A stretch of DNA of 64,000 bases, taken from the NCBI GenBank assembly GCA_964187785.1, contig OZ076409.1, forward strand, positions 58,592,001-58,656,000. The letters are read 5' to 3'. The translations under genes were made by a program, and so were the position numbers. This DNA is from Amphiscolops sp. MND2022 (lineage: Eukaryota). This document shows, in pieces, positions 23,110 to 35,160 of the stretch (positions are counted from its first letter, which is position 1; every line of letters begins with the position of its first letter). Below the pieces are notes generated by a model. The model searched no databases and had not been told where the DNA came from. It saw only the letters and a list, made by a program, of their open reading frames with translations.

Positions 23110-26100
23110 GGTTGGTCTGTTGATTGTTTTCCTCCAGTCTTTGGCGTAAGTCTTCTGTTATAACTGAGTCGAGCATTCTGAAGTCTGGATTCACATTAGG
23201 CTTTGGGTTAGGTTGTAAATTATAGCGTCCGATTTTTTTAGGATTATATCCAACGACAATAGGCGTTAATTCAGCAGGTTTTTTTGGAGGGGGGGCATTC
23301 TATAGGCGGTGGAGACAAATTATAGGGATTATCACTGACATCCAGATTAAATGACGTAGCGTTATTGGAAGATGTTTTATCCTCATCAGAATTTTCAACT
23401 GTGGTTGTTTTAACCACCACATTTTCACGTTGTAATTGCGTTATCTTCTTTCTTGTCTGTGATTTCTGTGATTGTAGCTTTTTCTGACAACTTTTGCTTG
23501 GGTGTTCCGAAGAAAAAGTCTCCGAATGCGGTTTCCCAAGGTTGCGCGTACCAATCATTGTGGGTTGTTTTAACCTCTGGATCTGGAAGATAATCTTCCT
23601 CTCTGACTGTTACGTCAGGTACTCGCTGATTGTGCGCATATAGCCTTAGGCGAATCCTATGGAGGGTTTGCGTGAACCTTGTACCCGTTCTGCGCAGGAT
23701 ATAGTTGTTATTTGAAAGGACTTTGACTACAATATAAGGGCTAGTTCAGATGTAATTGTTGAAAGCGAATTTCATTGACTGATTATCAGCTTTCGGATTA
23801 ACCTTAAGTTGGCCAGGAAAAATCTTGTTGCGTCCAAAAATCAGGTGCTTCAACTTTAAACCGCAATATCTCCTGAACTATACAAGTCCGACAAACGATT
23901 TATACAGCGTTCGAAAGAGGAGCATTGGGGCTTTCAAATCAATTTTTAAACTGCTGGGCTTGGGGCCCGCTAGCGCGGGCTCCTTGCGCGCAGTTTTTTG
24001 CGCGAAGTCCTCCACTGGCGTGCGGCTTCGCCGCACTGGCTCCGAACTTTGCGCCAAAACTTTGCACGCGTCGTGTCTCTGCTTGCTTTCCAACATGTTT
24101 CAAAACATGCTGGGGACGCTTTGACCCAATGTTGATACCAGTGGGATAAAAGGGGCACAAACGAAACCTGGGAAAACGGAAAATCTGCACTTATTTTTCT
24201 TTTGATTTTTTTGCGTCATTTTCTGGGTTTTTGAGACATCACGTCAATTTTCCGTGAAAAGGCGCCGAATGCTGTGCAATATTGTCTGAAACTCTTATTA
24301 AAGGGTTTGCTTTACCATACAATCAGCTGGTGCGTTAACAATTTGCAGAAACAAAATGTGCCAAATTTGGCACATTGGCCAAGTTAAGGTTAAGAACGTA
24401 GCAGTAGTCGTTGACCTTGAGTGGCGTAGCCGTCGCTTTCTTGTCGTAGTATTGTTTGTACCCCAATGTAGGATTGCATAAGGTTGTCTTTGGCTGCTTG
24501 ATGTATCTCTGTTAACTGTTTTTGCAGTTCATCCGTTAGGTCTTCGTTCTTATCTTTTTTCCACTCTGGCTTTTTTCCGAGTTTGATGTCTAAGATGTTA
24601 TACGGGATACGTCCGTCGAATATTGTTGCGGGTTCACAGCCTAAGTTTTCGTGGTGTTGTAGTTCATGACTCCTGTTTGGACTTGGACGTATTTGTGCCA
24701 CATCGAACGTCTCTCGCCCGTTGATATTTTTAATGAGATCTTCAAGGAGGCATGAGTTCTCTCTAGTATGCCTATTGTTTGGGCGTGTTTCGTTGAAGCG
24801 TGGCTTATTCGTATGTCTAGTGTCTGGGCTTTTTGGTTGACCACTTCTGATCTAAATTGTGATCCTTTGTCAGTCAATTTGACTGTTGGCAAATAGCAAT
24901 GTCTTGTCATTACATCGATGATGCAACGTGCTACTGTTTTTGCAGTCATTTCTTGGGTTGTGTATGCAAAGAGGTAACGGGAAAAGACATCCATCATTGT
25001 ATTGATGTGTTGGTATCCGTTTGAGGAAGGTAGGTTTGGGAGTATGTCAACTTCCAGACAGTCTTCTGGTCCCATTGTGAGTTCAGTATTGCTCAGCATT
25101 TTGGGACGTATTTGTCTTGCGTCAATTTTCTTGTTGGCGATGCAGTCTGGACAGCTTGTTACTCTTGCTATGATTTTTCGTGCTAGGCCCGGGAAATATA
25201 ATTTTGCCCTGCATTCTTGTATCATTTTCGTGATTCCCGGGTGTTTACTTGTTTTTCCGTGTAATGTGGATAAAAGTTCAGGTACTAAATGTTTTGGGAT
25301 TATGACTTGATTGTGGGTGACTGACCCATCATCTCCGTAGTACTTGCGCTTGAGTACACCGTCTTTCATGATTATTCTTTCCTCGTGGCGGAGTAGATTT
25401 CTCCAACGCTGTTCAGTTTTGAGGAGATGTTGGTCATATTCTTCGTGGAGTACTCGTGATTTAAGTGCCTTGAGTATTGGGAAGCCATCATTATCGTTTC
25501 TGATGCGTGCGTTTTCTTTGATTGCTCCAAACGTGTAGACTGCGGAGTTGAGTGGTATCTTGATTACTTCAGTTACTTTTGTAGATAGTTCTTTGTTGTG
25601 ATCGTCGATAGCGCGTTGTTTGCTATGTGAGTTTCTGGCAAAATTGTCTTGCTTTGATTCTTTTTCTTCATCCGGGAGAAAAAAAGTTGTACTTCGTCAG
25701 CAACGTCCGATGATTGTAGGTTGACTTCAATAGGTGACGTTAGGAAGTCGTCCCTTAATTTCAATTGCACTTTTTCCTTGGGAGTTAGTTCAAGTCTGGA
25801 TAGGAAATCTGTTGCCGTGTTTTGGGAGCCTGCTACGTGCATGATGCGAATCTTGAATTGAAGGATGTAGTCGCAGGCATTCCATAGTGCAGGTTTTCCA
25901 TAGTTTTTGTTTGAAAAAACCATGTCACTGATCGGTTGTCTGTTAAGACCAGTGTTGGTATCGTTGTTTCCCATTATATATGACTATATTCGAAAAAGGC
26001 GCGGTATATGGCTAAAACTGTTTTGCAATATATTGACATCTTTAGTTGTGCCGGCGAGAAAACACGTGATCTGAACGCTACTGGTGCCAACTTTTTTTTT

Positions 26101-28865
26101 TCAGAGTGTAGTTTCCGTTCATCCTTTTATTTGATCATGAGAGCGTAGCCTGAAGCACGGAAGCTCGCGTCCGTCATTAGGACGTATTGTTTTCCAGCTA
26201 CTGGTTGTCTCAGTGCGAGTCGGCACGCTTCCGCTAGGCTAGCGTCGATTTGCTTGGAATTGTCGACAAGTTCTTCTGAGATTCGGATTTTGGAAACAAC
26301 TTTTAGGTGTTCATACATACTGACAAGGTTTTCTGATAGGCGTGGTGTGTAATTTCGGTAGTAGTTTACAAACCCGATATATTTTTACACTTGCTTTTTT
26401 GATTTCGGGAAACGGAGTTTGGAGAGAAAGTTTTCGATTTTTTGGTCTTGCAGGTCTACTCCGTTCTGGGTGATTGTTCTTCCGAGGAATTCGACCTGAG
26501 TTACGCCAAAGTGACATTATTTTTTGATTGTTAGTTTCAGTCCCGCTTCTCTGATGCACTTGAAGACTGCTCTGATGTTTTTGATGAGCTGTTCCGTTGT
26601 ATTCGCGGCTATGCCGATATCGTCAATGTAATGCGCACAATGATTTGCTTTGATGACTGAGTCACGGTACTCTCACATGAAGCTCAAGAAGGTCGACAGG
26701 GCTCTGCTTAGTCCTTGTGCTAGGCGCCGGTAGGCTAACGTCCTACTAGCAAAATTAAAAGCAAGTAATTCTACTGACCTTTGATCTGCCATTTGGAGGC
26801 AGTGGTACGCCTGGGAGCAGTCAAGATTGCAGATTTTCCCTGCTAGGTGTTGTGATGCGACTGAAAGGGTGCTGAGGTAGTCTCAGTTTGCCGTTGGGTT
26901 TCCCTTTGGCGAATATGTGGCTTGCGTATTTGGAGAATGGTAGTGTCGTGATTATTCCGTATCAATGAATGAGGGCTAGTTCTACTCTTAGGTCTCCTGT
27001 GAGATTGGTCGGGACAGGTAGACTCTGCGTGTACACTGGTTTGTCATTTTTTGGGTTTAGATTGACTTTGAATTGCGTGTTCATCCCGATGTCGAATCTG
27101 TGTCGTGCGAAGATGTCATTGATTTCTACTATTGTGTTTTCTAGGTTTTCTCGGTCTTTGCCCGTAATCAGTGAGTTTGTCCTTTTGGACATTGTTAGAA
27201 ACTAATTTCGGGATCCTCGTTCTCCGTTGGGTCAAGTTTTTCAAGCTCAGTCAGTTCCCGTAGTTCTTTCAAGATCCCTTTCTGGATGGGGGAGTGTTCT
27301 TGTTCATTTCCGGGCTTTTCTGGGGTTGGGAACTAGAAGTTTTCTTCATTGTTGTTGGGCGTTCCACTTGCATCAATTCGTTGATGTACGTTACAACGTC
27401 GTCGTTTGTTGGGAGGTTGAGTGCAGCTATGTCAACTGGACGGATCATCTTCGTTCCTTCCGGTTTTAAAATTTGCAGTTCTGCCACTTTGGTGTCTGCA
27501 GCTATTGGGTAGGGAAAATTGGCGGTGTTGGCGATCTTTATTGCTGCTCTCTTGTCTCTGGCAGTTGTTATTGCCGGGGCTACTATCAGTTTCGCGCATT
27601 CATCGAACTGCGGTAGGGTCTGAATGGTCTCAGTTATTGGGTGTTCACTACTTACAGGGATCGATGCGTAGATGATGCGAGTAGAATGTGTGGGTATCGT
27701 GTGTTTTGCGTCTGTTTTAATCGTGATTGGCTTGGGGTTGCACTTTTGCATTTCGTCGGTAAGCGCCACCGTGATTTGAATTTTAAGGAAGTCGATGGTC
27801 CCTTGGGCACTGTCAAGGATTGCGGCATGTTTTCGCAGAAACGTCAATCCTATTATGGAGAATGACGTCTGGTTGATGATGATGAACGTTTCCTTAAAGG
27901 TGTAGTCCCCAGTTTGAAATCGTATGGCGTACTTGGCGAGTGGTTGCTCAAACTCGGTGCTGGCGTATTGTACTTTGAAAGGGGGTGGAGGTGCCTTATT
28001 GATGATGCATTGGCTTGCATTTTGTCAAATTTTTTTCAGCGTCCCTTTCACTAATAGCAATAATATATGCGCCTGAGTCAACTAACGCATCAATCTTGAC
28101 GGTATTGAGTTCAACTGGGAGAAAAAGCATTCTCTTTTTCTTCTTGAGTGCGGTTGCAGACATCAACGGGATGTAATCATCATTTTTGCCGTGTCGTATG
28201 AATTCTTTGATGACATCCAGATCTTCGGGTAGTGGTGGTGGGCCTTCCGTTTGTTCTTCGTTGTTGTCCGTTACTGCACTAGCGGGTGCGGTTTGTGGTG
28301 GTGGAGGGGCAGAGGAGTCAATTGTATGTTCTCCTGATTTCCGTGTCCACAACGTCTTGTCTTCTATGCCTATTATATGGTCAGAGTTTATTGGTGTAGA
28401 CGTGACGGTGACGGGTACTTTTGGGGACGGTTCTGATTTTTTCAGAAATGGTGACAGAGGTGGCGAAACGTTTGGTATCTCTTCAGGCGGTTTTTGTGGG
28501 TTTGGGACCTGGATCTTGAAGGAGAGTTTGTTAGTGTCGTAAACGGCAGGTTCATCCCATGGGTCGCAACGGTAGTCCGTATCGTAAACAAATATTCTGT
28601 CAGTTTTTGATTCTGGCAGTTGTGGTTTGAGTGTAGCGTAATTGTCAGGGGACTCCGTTATCCATTGGGGGAGTGGTGTTGGGTCGTCTGGGTGTCTGGC
28701 ATTATGTTTGAGGATCATGCCTATGTTGCAACGTCGCTGCCAATCCTGAGTCGGTTCTTCGTTGCATTCTGTCATGAAATCCTCTTCGTAGCGATTTGGG
28801 GGGTCTTCGATCGTATATGCCCTCGCATCCACCGTTTCCCCAAAGCGGAGGCGCGGCGATTTCAA
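23110..28865 (-). pseudogene. Gypsy pol (protease, dUTPase-like spacer, RT, RNase H, integrase), fragmented
   Basis: ORFs 27996-28865, 27269-27847, 26962-27192, 26127-26318, 25573-25974 and 24641-25369. C-terminal GRYNLQPNPKPN near 23200. Confidence 0.9.
23802..24389. mobile_element. piggyBac-type MITE (588 bp) inserted in the Gypsy integrase
   Basis: TTAA duplications at 23798-23801 and 24390-24393; TIRs CCTTAAGTTGGCCA / TGGCCAAGTTAAGG (1 mismatch). Removing it restores DYCYVLNPKADNQSMKF. Confidence 0.9.
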
Positions 28866-30270
28866 GTATTCGGCTGAGAGGACACGGTGAGCACTGGCTG
28901 TCCGCTGATTTGGTTAGTTGGGATGGCAATTTTGCGCGTTTGCTTCCGTGGGTCATTTGCCGCGTTAGCTCCGTCCCGGTTAGCATTTTTCGGTTTTGTG
29001 CAATTTTCCGCACGTGCCGCACTGGGTTTTGGTGCTTCTGGTTGGTTTAAGTCAGTATTGCCCGTTTCGGTTGCGTAGTGTCGTTCTTTTTGTAGTCGAC
29101 GGCATTGCGCTTTGTAGTGGTCATATTTACCACAATGAAAACAATAACCCCTCTGTTGTTGTTCCTTCTTGCCTTCCGTCACTACTGCGTCCACTGTTTT
29201 GAGAGGGACTAGGGTCGTTTCATCAGGCGCTCCTAGGCCGTTTAGTCGCATCTCCCGCTCAAGGTGCAGATCGATATCGATGTACGGTTTATCTTCGAGG
29301 TACGCTCTAATGAGGATCTTTTTGACGTGATCCGGCATTTTAGCGTATATTGCTTTGTCAATGAACTTTTGCGCTTCGGAACCGGACGCTTCTTTTGCAG
29401 GTTCCTGTAGGGTTTCAATGATTTCAGGCAGTTTTTGTTTTGTGGGTCAAAATGCAGTGCGTCCCACTCGCATCTAGCTTTTGCGGAGGGTTGGAAATCC
29501 CCGAAAAGACGTTTGAATGCCGTTATAACTTCTTCTTGGTTGTCTTTTTTGGCATCCTCAAGGTTGCAGTACGCTTGAAGTGCGTTCCTTCTTAGTAGCG
29601 AGTGGAAGTGGTTGATTTTCTGTACCTCAGTGAGATGAGGGTACACTTTGATGTTATTTCGAAATGAGTCCGCAAAAAGTTCAAACTTTTTGGACTTACC
29701 ATCGAAAACAGAGAGCGTAGCAGTGAGTGCTTTCGGCATCGGGAGTAGGTTGGAGTGTGGGAAAGTCTGCGGTTGAGGTGCGAACAGTATTTTAGATCTT
29801 GAGGGACGGTCTCTTGCTTGTTCGCTGGAGACGCGTTGTTTTTTCCGTCGCCTATTGAGTTGATTTGTTGAGTCATTGAGGACTCATGTCACCATGTTAC
29901 GACTACTTACCGGTGTTGTTTTGGAGTTAATCGCATTTGATTTTACAGGTGTCGACGTTCTGGCTACGAAGATGTTTTCTGGCTCAGAATCAGTATCTTG
30001 ATCTTTTTGACTGATTGGACGTTTTTTTACTCAAAGGTGCTATTAGTTTAAGCATTTCTTTTTGGTTTTCAGCTAATATCTTTGTCAAATCGTTCAGGAT
30101 TTCTTTCCTCTAAGACGTTTTTATCTCATCGAGATTTTCAGGTTCAGCTCTAAGAAATTTGCTAGGACCAGCTACAACATTTTCAGATGAGTTATTTTCA
30201 GCTACAGAGTCTTCAAAATCTCGAAAAACTAGCTCAGCTACAGCTTTTCTCTTTTGACTTCGGGTTGTCC
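28862..30270 (-). pseudogene. Gypsy gag (frameshifted)
   Basis: ORFs 29242-29739 (FDGKSKKFELF..., HFHSLLR) and 28862-29338 (CCHC knuckle). N-terminus TTRSQKRKAVAEL near 30270. Confidence 0.85.
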
Positions 30271-30458
30271 TTTTCTATGTTGAAAATTTTCAGTCTTCGG
30301 TAAGATTTGAATTCTTCGGAGAATATAATTTGCGTTAATATAACGGAGCGGTTATATATCAACAGGTTACAAAATTAACCAGAATTACATTTCAATGCTA
30401 GGTATTTATACCTTACCAGCATCATTTGTTCCTCGCCTAAAATATCCTAGGTATCAAT

Positions 30459-31039
30459 GTTGATGTACGTTACAACGTCGTCGTTTGTTGGGAGGTTGAG
30501 TGCAGCTATGTCAACTGGACGGATCATCTTCGTTCCTTCCGGTTTTAAAATTTGCAGTTCTGCCACTTTGGTGTCTGCGGCTATTGGGTAGGGAAAATTG
30601 GCGGTGTTGGCGAACTTTATTGCTGCTCTCTTGTCTCTGGCAGTTGTTATTGCCGGGGCTACTATCAGTTTCGCGCATTCATCGAACTGCGGTAGGGTCT
30701 GAATGGTCCCAGTTATTGGGTGTTCACTACTTACAGGGATCGATGCGTAGATGATGCGAGTAGAATGTGCGGGTATCGTGTGTTTTGCGTCTGTTTTAAT
30801 CGTGATGGGCTTGGGGTTGCACTTTTGCATTTCGTCGGTAAGCGCCACCGTGATTTGAATTTAAGGGAAGTCGATGGTCCCTTGGGCGCTGTCAAGGATT
30901 GCGGCATGTTTTCGCAGAAACGTCAATCCTATTATGGAGAATGACGTCTGGTTGATGATGATGAACGTTTCCTTAAAGGTGTAGTCCCCAATTTGAAATC
31001 GTAGGGCGTACTTGGCAAGTGGTTGCTCAAACTCGGTGC
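30459..31039 (-). repeat. Near-identical duplicate of Gypsy pol segment 27380-27960
   Basis: Sequences match at offset 3079 with few substitutions. ORF 30447-30848 repeats most of 27269-27847. Confidence 0.92.
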
Positions 31040-31689
31040 ACGTTTTATACTTTATATAATTTTTTAATTTTAGATCCTCATTGACTTATTTTTTTTCTCA
31101 AATTAGATCACATTAGAGGAGATTTTTAGACCTGATTATTTAGATCAATTTATTTAGATCTCAGATTTGCCCCCTCTCTTAGATCTATTTCATTAGACCT
31201 GATTCCACGCACCTTCGGAACATATCTGACTACGTTATAAAAATTTCGATCAGAGTTGTTTCGATCCCATTCAAAAATTTGGTATGTCGACCTGAGGACT
31301 TACTCTGATTTTCGATCCCGTTCCTTCGACCTACTTCCGCCCACCCGCGAGCGTGCATACACCGGATATGCCCCACATTTCAATTTTTAGATCATTCTCC
31401 TTTAGATTTCAGGATTTTGTGTGAAGAATGTCCAGTTTGTAGAATTTAATGATCCAGTTTGTAGAACAAAATTGAAACTGAACCTAATTTATTTACCCAC
31501 CCATAGTAAGTTTGTAGAATTCTACAAACATGCTTCCTACAAACTCACTATAATCCGTCTTCTCCCCCATGGCACTTGATTGATGACGACGATCCATGAT
31601 ATCTGATATCTTTGGAAAAGAAACAAAAACTTCGAATATAGCGTGCTGGGTCATTTCTAATTTTAAGACGAAAAATCATTTTGTAGTAG

Positions 31690-32389
31690 GGGGACTTCGC
31701 GCTTTTTTAAAATCCAATTTGCTGGAAAACTTTCAAAACACTGAATGGGGAGCCTTTGGAGAAATTGAAAATTATCGAAAAAAATCTCAAAGTGCCGAAA
31801 AACTTGAAAGGGACCCTTCAGACTACTCCTTTTTCGTATGCTACGTTATAAATTGAATAAATGGGACCCTTTGCACAACAGCAGCTAACTTGGATCTGGC
31901 TCTTCAGATCGGCAATGCGGCCTGTGTTCTTGGAACTGTGGGCGACAGAGCTGCGTGCGAAGAAATTTATTACATATAGTTTATTTTCTTGAAAACCTGT
32001 ATATCCTTGCAGCTTTTTTAAAAATTTGTTTCTACCGGTCGACTGGGATAGTGGCTGGTATGAGCAGTTTGTTGGTTGTTTTTTTAGTGGTCTTCTTTGA
32101 TAGTGGCTGGTATGGGGTTCCCTACTTTCACGCAGACCACGGGTGTGTGTCTTCTCCACCCAACATGATGATACACATGGTACTTGATTGATGACGAATA
32201 TCCGTGATATCTGAAAGATTAAAAACTACTTAGATGGGTGCCCGCTGGCCGGTCGAGTGGTTTATTATTTTCTACGAAAATTTCAGTACGTTCCACTACG
32301 CTTACATTATGTTATCTGACGATAAAAGTTTTAGAAATTGCCCCTGTAACAGTCGCGCTCATTTTCTGCTGAAATGTGCCGACTAAAAA
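31690..32389 (-). mobile_element. Degenerate family A Helentron-like element
   Basis: Ends CTGTAACAGTCGCGCTCATTTTC...GTGCCGACTAAAAA, with internal GGGGAC/AGTGCCGAAAAA motifs as in other copies. Left boundary approximate. Confidence 0.5.
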
Positions 32390-32513
32390 TGCGTTCTTTG
32401 GTTTCCCTTTGAAATATTGTCATTTTTGAGAAACAAGTTGCTTAGTTTTTTTTCAACTAGTCGATTCCCCCAAACAGTTTGAATTTTTGCATTTTGTTCA
32501 TTTCAGAGCTTTC

Positions 32514-33977
32514 ATGACAGGCCTTTCGTCTAAAAGTGTGGGTTATCTTTTGGTGAAGTCCAATACGGTGTTCACTTCGAATCTTTCGAAGTCATGTACC
32601 AAAAGCTTTTCGACCAACACAAACTCCACTGTTACCAGTTTCCAGCCTGCTGTGAGATGCAGTTATCAGTTTTCATCTCAATCAAGTCTTTTTTGTCCGA
32701 GTAAACAGCTTTATTTGCAGTTTAGTCGAGAAGCCTCGAGAAAAGGTGGCTTCTTCAGTAAGTTGTATCAATCAATTCAAGACGAACTTGAACAAAGTAA
32801 AGAAATCAAAAGTTCTATCAAGAAATTCAGAGACGAAACAACCAAACTCGACGAATCAGATGCTTTGAAAAGCGCCCGGAAAAAGTATGAGTCCTTTGAA
32901 GAAGAAACTAGCCAGAAAACAAAAGTGCTAAAGGAGAAATTCTCGGATGTTTCTGGAGCTTTGAAAGGTAGCCTAGATGATATAAAAAGATCAGAACTTG
33001 GACAACAGACCACCAATGTAATCGAAAATGTGGGCAAAGGTGTAAAAAGCGCCGGTGAGACATTGAGTAAAGGTGGAAAAGTCATCACTGAAAGTGAAGC
33101 CTTCAAAACAGTAAGCGAAGCATCTGAAATTGTTCGGAAAAACATTGACGAAGAGTTAGCTAGAGCTCGAGTTTACAGTTCTCCCAAAATATTGAAACGA
33201 CGTTCTGATTTCAGAATGTTCTCAACAAAACAGGCTGAAGCATTCAACCCTGAAACTCATGATGTAAACGAAAGTGAGTTACGCATGGAGCTGCATAAAG
33301 ATGCAAGGTGGTACGCCAAGTGGCAAGACTTCAAGGATACCAACCCTATGATGAATAAAATGTTTGACTTGAAAAACCAATACGATGAATCTGAAAATCC
33401 GGTCATTGCCAGCACCAGATATATATCGGAGAAAATTTCCGGAATTGTTGGTGGTATACTGACACCCAACTCAACCAGCAAAGTTATGAGCGAGATTCGG
33501 AAAGTTGATCCTAGTTTCACTGTCACCCGTTTCAATGACGTATGTCATAAAATAATATTCCCTCATGTTGTTGAGGCTTTGTTTCATACAAAATTCGACC
33601 TTTTGGAGGACTGGTGTACTGCCCCTGCTTACAATAAAATTCGCGCCCAATTAGACCCTTTGATTAAACAAGGCTATAGAATTGAGTCTCACATAATGGA
33701 TGTTGGAGAGCCTGATGTTGAGACTGCCATCATGGAAGATTCAGTGCCAGTTTTGGTGAGTCGCTTCAATGTGCAAGCTCTGTGCATCATCAAAGATACA
33801 AGAGGCAAAGCACTTTCTCTTCCAGATGGAACAGCTTTGATTGGAGGCGGCGAGGAAGGAAAAGTAGACCAGTACATGTGGTTTGTAGCCTTGACCCGAG
33901 ACATGGACGACGTTGACCCAATTTCATCATGGAGGATAGGGGATGTTGAAATCAGGAGACACAAATTAGCTTTTTAA
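32514..33977 (+). CDS. TIMM44: Mitochondrial import inner membrane translocase subunit Tim44
   Basis: Ser/Thr/basic presequence-like N-terminus, coiled coil, LHKDARWYAKWQDFKDTNP, YDESENPVI, EIRKVDPSF, LLEDWC and a C-terminal Tim44 domain. Intronless; ATG 32514 follows TTTCAG. Confidence 0.93.
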   Translation: MTGLSSKSVGYLLVKSNTVFTSNLSKSCTKSFSTNTNSTVTSFQPAVRCSYQFSSQSSLFCPSKQLYLQFSREASRKGGFFSKLYQSIQDELEQSKEIKSSIKKFRDETTKLDESDALKSARKKYESFEEETSQKTKVLKEKFSDVSGALKGSLDDIKRSELGQQTTNVIENVGKGVKSAGETLSKGGKVITESEAFKTVSEASEIVRKNIDEELARARVYSSPKILKRRSDFRMFSTKQAEAFNPETHDVNESELRMELHKDARWYAKWQDFKDTNPMMNKMFDLKNQYDESENPVIASTRYISEKISGIVGGILTPNSTSKVMSEIRKVDPSFTVTRFNDVCHKIIFPHVVEALFHTKFDLLEDWCTAPAYNKIRAQLDPLIKQGYRIESHIMDVGEPDVETAIMEDSVPVLVSRFNVQALCIIKDTRGKALSLPDGTALIGGGEEGKVDQYMWFVALTRDMDDVDPISSWRIGDVEIRRHKLAF

Positions 33978-34169
33978 ATGTGAAAGAAAGTTTGTTTTCG
34001 CTCATTTTTGGAAAATGATATGAAGTATATCTCATTTTGACTATTCAATGCGAATTTGACTATCACTGAAAAAAACTATCTAATGTACCTCATTTTTACC
34101 AAATCGATCAAAAGTGGATTTGTGTTTTATACAAACATTTTCCTCAACTTTTTTGTTTCAGATTTAAAA

Positions 34170-35036
34170 ATGGGTATACGACCTTATTTGCCAATTCCTA
34201 GAAAAAGTCTCTTCAGATCTAAGCAACTACCAGGACCTTACAACCATTTATTCGATTATTTTGGTTTTCCTGTCGAAGGAATAATTTCTCAATTACCCAA
34301 ACATTATTTGGACCAGATAAAACCGTGTCAGCCCCCAAATAGAAACTGGAAAGTCCCCAACTACCCATATCATTTTATCCCTAAAGGTGCCAACAAGGCG
34401 CCTATTGAGAAAAAATACAAGCAAGCGATGTGGGCGCCTATTCCTGTCCTCTATCCGAAGCGTTCACGTGAAGAACTATGGTCAGGTGAGGGAATGATTT
34501 TTGGATTCCGTCAAAGAGATCGATACGATCAACCACACAGAACCATTTGGCATCCGAAACTGGAACACTGGACACTTTACAGTGAAATTTTGGACGAAAC
34601 TTTTGTTACAATTGTGTCAGACACAACTTTAGATCTCATAGACGAATGTCAAGGCTTTGACAATTTCATCTTGAAAACCTCTGCACAGGAACTGATGTCT
34701 GATTTGGCTATGAGAATTAAAGGCAGACTGTTGGTCTCGTTAGCAAAACAGGACTATTGGGAGAATGATGCTAAAATGAAACAGAAAATTCGAGAAAAGT
34801 ACAAAGAATTCAGGATTCCGTTAGAAGAAGCGGAGTGGGTTGGCTTGACTCCACAAGATGCAGTTTTCAAATTACAAATTTCGCAGTTGCCTGATTACAG
34901 ACCCCTCAAAGAAGTTTTTGCCGATGAAGAGAAAAAGTTGCCTGAAATTCCCTCTTTACTGAAAAACTCAGATACTTCAAATGTAGATAAACCTAGTTTT
35001 GGATCCAAAATACGGAGATTTTTCAGAAGTTCTTGA
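34170..35036 (+). CDS. MRPL28: Mitochondrial large ribosomal subunit protein bL28m
   Basis: PIPVLYP..LWSGEG, W.PKL...LYSEILD...TLDLIDE..GFD.FILKT, IPLEEAEWVGLT match metazoan MRPL28. Intronless; ATG 34170 follows TTTCAG. Confidence 0.93.
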   Translation: MGIRPYLPIPRKSLFRSKQLPGPYNHLFDYFGFPVEGIISQLPKHYLDQIKPCQPPNRNWKVPNYPYHFIPKGANKAPIEKKYKQAMWAPIPVLYPKRSREELWSGEGMIFGFRQRDRYDQPHRTIWHPKLEHWTLYSEILDETFVTIVSDTTLDLIDECQGFDNFILKTSAQELMSDLAMRIKGRLLVSLAKQDYWENDAKMKQKIREKYKEFRIPLEEAEWVGLTPQDAVFKLQISQLPDYRPLKEVFADEEKKLPEIPSLLKNSDTSNVDKPSFGSKIRRFFRSS

Positions 35037-35160
35037 TAATTTAGTTTTCGAATAATGCATGCATGTTTTATAGTTTAGTCCAAGCTATTCGGCGTACAAC
35101 AATCAATCGTAATTATGCTTCAACAAACCTCAAAAATATTTGAAAGTATTCACATTTCAG

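Larger units (their letters stand above)
23100..30455 (-). mobile_element. Ty3/Gypsy LTR retrotransposon internal region (gag-PR-RT-RNaseH-INT), decayed
   Basis: gag zinc knuckle CFHCGKYDHYKAQC; protease ALVDSGA; RT (LDCSQAYHCL, YIDDIG); RNase H (LMTDASF); integrase HHCC (H..HPG..C PDC), core (DVFSRYL, TDKGSQF, LERTH) and GPY/F-like tail. Order PR-RT-RH-INT. Confidence 0.95.

Noticed and set aside
23825..24190. Five overlapping ORFs on both strands
   Set aside because: By-product of the GC-rich MITE interior; no recognisable protein.
31567..32215. Box C/D snoRNA pair (TGATGA...CTGA at ~31580 and ~32190)
   Set aside because: The boxes are too close together and lack a terminal stem. They are ~40-bp direct repeats in or beside a transposon remnant.
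32777..33964. Minus-strand ORFs over TIMM44, and similarly over SPATA5 and Gypsy pol
   Set aside because: Antisense shadows of real coding sequence.
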